Positions 59,136-64,000 of a stretch of DNA of 64,000 bases are shown in pieces. This DNA is from the human T2T-CHM13v2.0 reference genome, Homo sapiens. The notes below the pieces were generated by a model, which saw only the letters and a program-made list of their open reading frames with translations, did no database searches and was not told the DNA's origin. Within the stretch, counting starts at the first letter, position 1. Each line of letters begins with the position of its first letter. Position numbers and translations under genes: made by a program. Location: NCBI RefSeq assembly GCF_009914755.1, contig NC_060930.1; one strand, 5' to 3'.

Positions 59136-61269
59136 TTAGAGGGAGAAGAAGCAAGCTGAAATGCCAGTGAAACTTACAGGAAAGACGTGACAAGAGAGAA
59201 GGAAGTAGAACAAGAAGAGCAGTGTTGTAAGAATCAAAAAAGGCTAGAGGTGAAGTAGATTTTTTTATTTGTTTTGAGAAAGAGCTTTGCCAGCAGCAAT
59301 AGGCTCTGTAAGTAGTGCAAATAATCAGTGATTACTGGGAGGCAGCAGGACAGAGTGGAAAAGAGTATTAGACTGCCTCTGCCGGTAACCTGGGGGACAT
59401 GACTTGAAAAACTTTTCTGGGTTCTAGTGTGTTCATCTGTAAAATGAGACTATGCTTCTCTAGTTTCTAAATTCAATGTTTTCTTACTACAGGATCTTCC
59501 CTTTGTCAATTTTTTGGACACCATCTTTTTTCTTGGATAATTTTGCTAATTTATTATCATCTATATCTCTGTGCCCTGTTAGATCTTTAATAACTGACCA
59601 TCTAATCAAGATTTCATTTCCTTCTGCATGCTTAGAGAATTACAGTTACAATAACTCTTTACAAACATCTAATATAGTATTCATGGACACAGAATTTATG
59701 TAAGCAGTCTTCTCTTACTTGTTACAATTTTGCCAGGATGTTATAGTATAAACTTGACTATTTATTCTACATAAAATATCAAGAAATTAAGATTTCCTCC
59801 CTAAGTAACTTATGTATCTGCAATATCCTGTTAGCTTTGACACTATTAAAATTTGGAATTAAATACTTTTGGGAGGTTAAAATATCTGTGGGCAAAGCTA
59901 CCTCTAATCCACTGCTTTCAAGGAGAGACATCAAGAAGAAGCAGTCTTTATCAAAGTGAGAGTTTCACAGCTTAAATCTGAAAAGAACTGTCAAACATTT
60001 CTTAGTCTCTTGGATACGATGTAAATTAGTTAAGATATAATTACAACTAATACTTGTTACTATTACTACCATAGCTTCATTTATAAAATATTACTTCTCC
60101 ACTAATTAAATGAAGCATTCAGTGCTTCGCATAACCAATTAAAATGTTAAGTAGTTACATTATGCAGCTAGATATGTGAAAACCAAGAATAATAAGCCAG
60201 ATAATACAAAAGAAAAACAGTGATGTGAAATGAGTTACAGTGAAAATGAGCAAAGTGAAAACACATTTAAACCATAAACTTTTCTGAAAATTTGAGGTGT
60301 CCAAGAGGACAGTCAAGCATGTACACAGAATCAGGTGGTATGAAATCTAACAGCAAAATATAGGGTAGCCCAGTCTAACAACAAAATGATATAGTGGATT
60401 GGCTGATTCAGGTTTATTTTCACTCAGATATCAAGATACACTTGAGAGCACTTTTCCTGGACTAAATTGTAACTTTCAAGGTGAAGATGTAATCATGAGA
60501 CTAGAACCCTGTGTAAGGGGGCAGCAGAGACAAGTAAACAAAGCTGACTGGCAAAAATCCCCATGGTCCACACAGCATCCTATTCTACCTGTATCATTTA
60601 AGGTGCCAGAAGATAAACAACCGCAACCTATTAAGAAAGCAAGAAACAAACCTGGAAATAAAATAAAAGCCTAGACGGAAAGCTATACCCAGTGTCTGGG
60701 TTATTTGTGAGATAAAATAGGATAATACCTCACTTCATTTCTGTAAAGTCTAAATCCAATTACTTAAAAAAAAAAACTCACTATAGAGAACATTAACAAA
60801 TATTTATCTCTTTCTACTTTTCCCAATCACTTTTCCTTAACCCTTTGCTATCTGGTTAACAGTAAAACATTTCTTTGAATGGTCACTAAAAATCTGCTAA
60901 ATATTACATGCAATAGGCATGTCTTCATCTTCAAGTTTTTGACCTGTACCATGACATTATGGATCACCTCTTTTTGACAATTATACAAACTTTGGTTCCA
61001 CAACATTGTACTATCTTAATCTTTCCCTTACCCCTTTGAGCCTTTTTTCTGTTCCTTTTGGCTTCTTCATTTACCAATATATTTTCCATAAGTATTTAAT
61101 TATAAAGTGTAACAAAGTCTAAAGTGATTTTAGTACATCTGACATCTTTTTGAACAAGGCAAGGACCTTAATACACACTTCTAGGTTAGGTTTTTTTCCC
61201 CCTCAGGATTTAGAATGTATTATTCCATTCTCTTCTGACACTTGGGATTTTAATTTTTGAGATGTTTGG

Positions 61270-61695
61270 AATTGCCCATCATAAGCTGGGTACTGTCAGA
61301 GACTTCAACTCAAAGTCAGATACCCCACCAGAAACAGATAAAAAGATAATGGCACATCTGAGACACAAGCACCAGAGGGTATAAGCAAGCTGCATGAGCA
61401 AGCAGCTCAGACGCCCATGCCACCCACCAAGGTTGCACCAAAACACCTCCCTCACCTCACACCAATGGCTATGTAGGGATTACTCTATGGCCAACTGAAG
61501 GAGGAGGAAAAAAACCTGAGCTTTTATGGCAAGATTATGGATAGGCTGGCTTGGTATGCAGGTGCCAGTAAAAAATGAGAAGCAGCTGTGGAACAACGTC
61601 ACTTGTAAAATCTCTGAATAACAGTGGAGAAGGAAAATTTCCCCAAAAGGTGAAGCTTTGAGCAGTGCACCTACAGATCCACTTTGTGTGAAGTT
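61270..61695 (+). mobile_element. ERVL/MaLR-type internal (pol-region) fragment
   Basis: GAGGGTATAAGCAAGCTGCATGAGCAAG, CTATGGCCAACTGAAGGAGGAGGAAAA, ACAGTGGAGAAGGAAAATTTCCCCA resemble decayed ERVL pol. Confidence 0.55.
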
Positions 61696-62599
61696 CTATA
61701 AATTCCTTCAGGCTGACAGGTATAAAAGTCAGCTTTAAATTCTCCTTCTCATTTATTCTTATCAGTCTTGGTTTTAAGATAACATAAAACTTGGTCAAGC
61801 TACTTATGCAAAAAAAAGGGGGAGGGGAATTTTTATAAGGATACAGGAATATTTTAGAGAACTCCAGGGCAGGAATGAAACCAGGCCTAAGAAAAAATTC
61901 TTAAAAAAGAGACTGGAATTGCATCTGGACTATTTTTCCATCTCACCTCTGATCCTCTTGGAAAGTATCATTTTCTCTTTCTCTCTCTTTCTCCCCACCC
62001 CATCTCTACACTTTTTCTATTTCTCTAATAGAAAAATGGCCAATCTATATCTCCCAAGGTTTTACATAAATATATATATGAGTGTATGTCACAGCCCTGT
62101 CACCTAAGAGACTAAATTTTTAAAATTTGGTGTAAATATAGATTCTCATGTGAAAAATTCCAACGGGTTCAACTGGAATTAGGTACCTATTCTTAGTACA
62201 ATCAACTTGGTAGAGTCACCTTATTCAAAACAGTTGCTAGGGGCTCAGCCTTGACTCTGAGAGAGAACTGGGCTACTATGAGCTGAACAAATAGCTCTAT
62301 GCTCTTCATTCATTCTCCCAATCATTCCAGCTGAAAACTTCATAAGTCAGTTTAGGCTTATCCTTCTCTTTCATATACTATTAATTTATAGTTCTGTCAC
62401 AAAGAATTAATTCATTCTTCTTTCAAAATCCAGTATTATCTATTCCTTCTCCATTCTCACGGGCTTTGTTATTTGCCAAAATGATAGTTCAAAAACAGAC
62501 ATTACACTGTAGTTAAATTTGCATTTCTTAAACTACTGGTGAGGATAAACTATTTTTTTTTTCATCCTATAGACTACTAACATTTCTGCTTTCTTGGTC

Positions 62600-62951
62600 T
62601 GTATTGTGGACTTGTGTTCCCCAAAATTCGTATGTTGGAGTGCTCTTCAATGTGACTGTGTTTGGAACAGGGCTTTTAAGAAGGTAATTAAGGTTAAATG
62701 GAAGTCACAAAGGTGAGGCTCTATGAAGAGACATCGGGGTAATGTGCACAGAGGCAAGGCTATGTGAGGATGCTGCAAGAAAGTAGCCGTCTGCAAGCCA
62801 ACCAGAAAGGCCTTGGGGGAAACCAAAACTGCTGACACCTTAATCTTGGACTTCTAGGCCCCAGAACTGTGAGAAAATAAATTTGTGCTGTTTAAGCTCC
62901 AAAGTCTTTGAAGCCGAAAGACTTTTGTTATGGCAATAGCAATCTAATACA
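62600..62951 (+). mobile_element. MaLR LTR (MLT1A/B-like)
   Basis: CCCCAAAATTCGTATGTTG, GGTAATTAAGGTTAAATG, CTGCTGACACCTTAATCTTGGACTTC, CCAGAACTGTGAGAAAATAAATT, terminal CTAATACA. Confidence 0.85.
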
Positions 62952-63321
62952 GTTTGCCTCAGTGTTCATTATTTTTCTTTTGACACGTTTGTTTCTTCTA
63001 GCAACAGTTCTCTAAGCATTAAGACTCTTAGCCCTTTATACATAATAAACATTAACAAACATTTTTCCCCATTTATTTGCCCCCCCACCTTTGTTTTTAT
63101 TTTGCTTTATATAACTGATTTTTTTTAGTATAGTCCAATTTTTCAAACTTTTCCTTCATGGTTGCTGCACATGAAATTATGATTAAGGCCAGCCTTCCCA
63201 TCCCCCAGAATATTTATATTTACATATAGGTTCTTGTAATTATTTTTCTTTTTGGTCTCATCTGAATTATTTTCAATGTATGATATAAGATACAAATTCT
63301 TTAAAAATATAGCTTACAATG

Positions 63322-63662
63322 GGCCAGGCACCGTGGCTCATGCCTGTAATCCCAGCACTTCGGGAGGCCGAGGTGGACGGATCACGAGGTCAGGAGATCG
63401 AGACCATCCTGGCTAACACGGTGAAACCCCATCTCTACTAAAAATACAAAAAAATTAGCCGGGCGTGGTGGCGGGCACATGTAGTCCCAGCTACTCGGGA
63501 GCTGAGGCAGGAGAATGGCGTGAACCCGGGAGGCGGAGCTTGCAGTGAGCCCAGATCGCACCACTGCACTCCAGCCAGAATGACAGAGCGAGACTCCGCC
63601 TCAAAAAAAAATATATATATATATATAAAATATACTATAGCTATATAGCTATAGTATATTAT
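63322..63662 (+). mobile_element. AluY with an (AT)n/palindromic tail
   Basis: AluY diagnostics (GGCTAACACGG, GGAGAATGGCGTGAACC); TSD core ATATAGCTTACAAT at 63307-63320 and 63665-63678. Confidence 0.93.
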
Positions 63663-64000
63663 ATATATAGCTTACAATTATCCCTGTACCATGTAATCAT
63701 TTTCCACTGATATGAAATCTTTTATCGTATACTAAATACTTACACTTTAACTCCTGTTGCTTTTTGTTTATGACATTCACTCATTCAATAATTTATTTTG
63801 GAGGCTATATTCTTCCGCATTTATCGTAAGGGAAAAAGAATTTTTCACCAAGTTTAAGAAACATTATTTTGGGTGTCTTAAATAATAAAAGACTATGACG
63901 GAAAGTTCTTAACGTTAGTTTTTAAATTAAAATTGTTTTCAGCTAACAATAAACAAGATGGATATACACAAAATTATGTTAATCTAGTGATGAGCCTAAT

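Noticed and set aside
60170-60270. Four GTGAAA words resembling an IRF/ISRE cluster
   Set aside because: Spacing does not form a canonical GAAANNGAAA; plausible by chance in AT-rich DNA

Overview
Primate (human-like) genomic DNA that is almost entirely non-coding and dominated by interspersed repeats. No intact protein-coding gene, RNA gene or CRISPR array can be supported. Every long ORF in the track is a decayed L1 ORF1/ORF2 piece, a decayed HERV-K gag/pro/pol piece, an Alu-derived frame or a chance frame. Main contents: (i) two near-full-length L1PA elements (1-5768 minus, 15188-19510 plus) nested in older L1s; (ii) about 11 Alus, including a nearly unmutated AluYc1-type copy; (iii) MaLR LTRs, MIR, L2 and hAT MITEs; (iv) a nest at 51.6-57.5 kb in which a single antisense Alu was hit twice, 40 bp apart, by two different HERV-K groups. 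One is a 4634-bp two-LTR, env-less, pol-deleted HML-1-like provirus carrying two different integrase C-termini; the other is a 968-bp solo LTR5_Hs. Several strong splice-site pairs on the minus strand (about 60.6, 48.8, 24.1 and 10.6 kb) suggest the window lies in the introns of a spliced minus-strand transcript (lncRNA or long 5' UTR), which I cannot name. The most unusual local structures are the ERV nest, an 82-bp templated-insertion repair scar in an L1, and a perfect 32-bp palindrome in an AluY tail. I found no convincing new multi-gene system. Subfamily names come from recalled consensus sequences and need Dfam/RepeatMasker confirmation.
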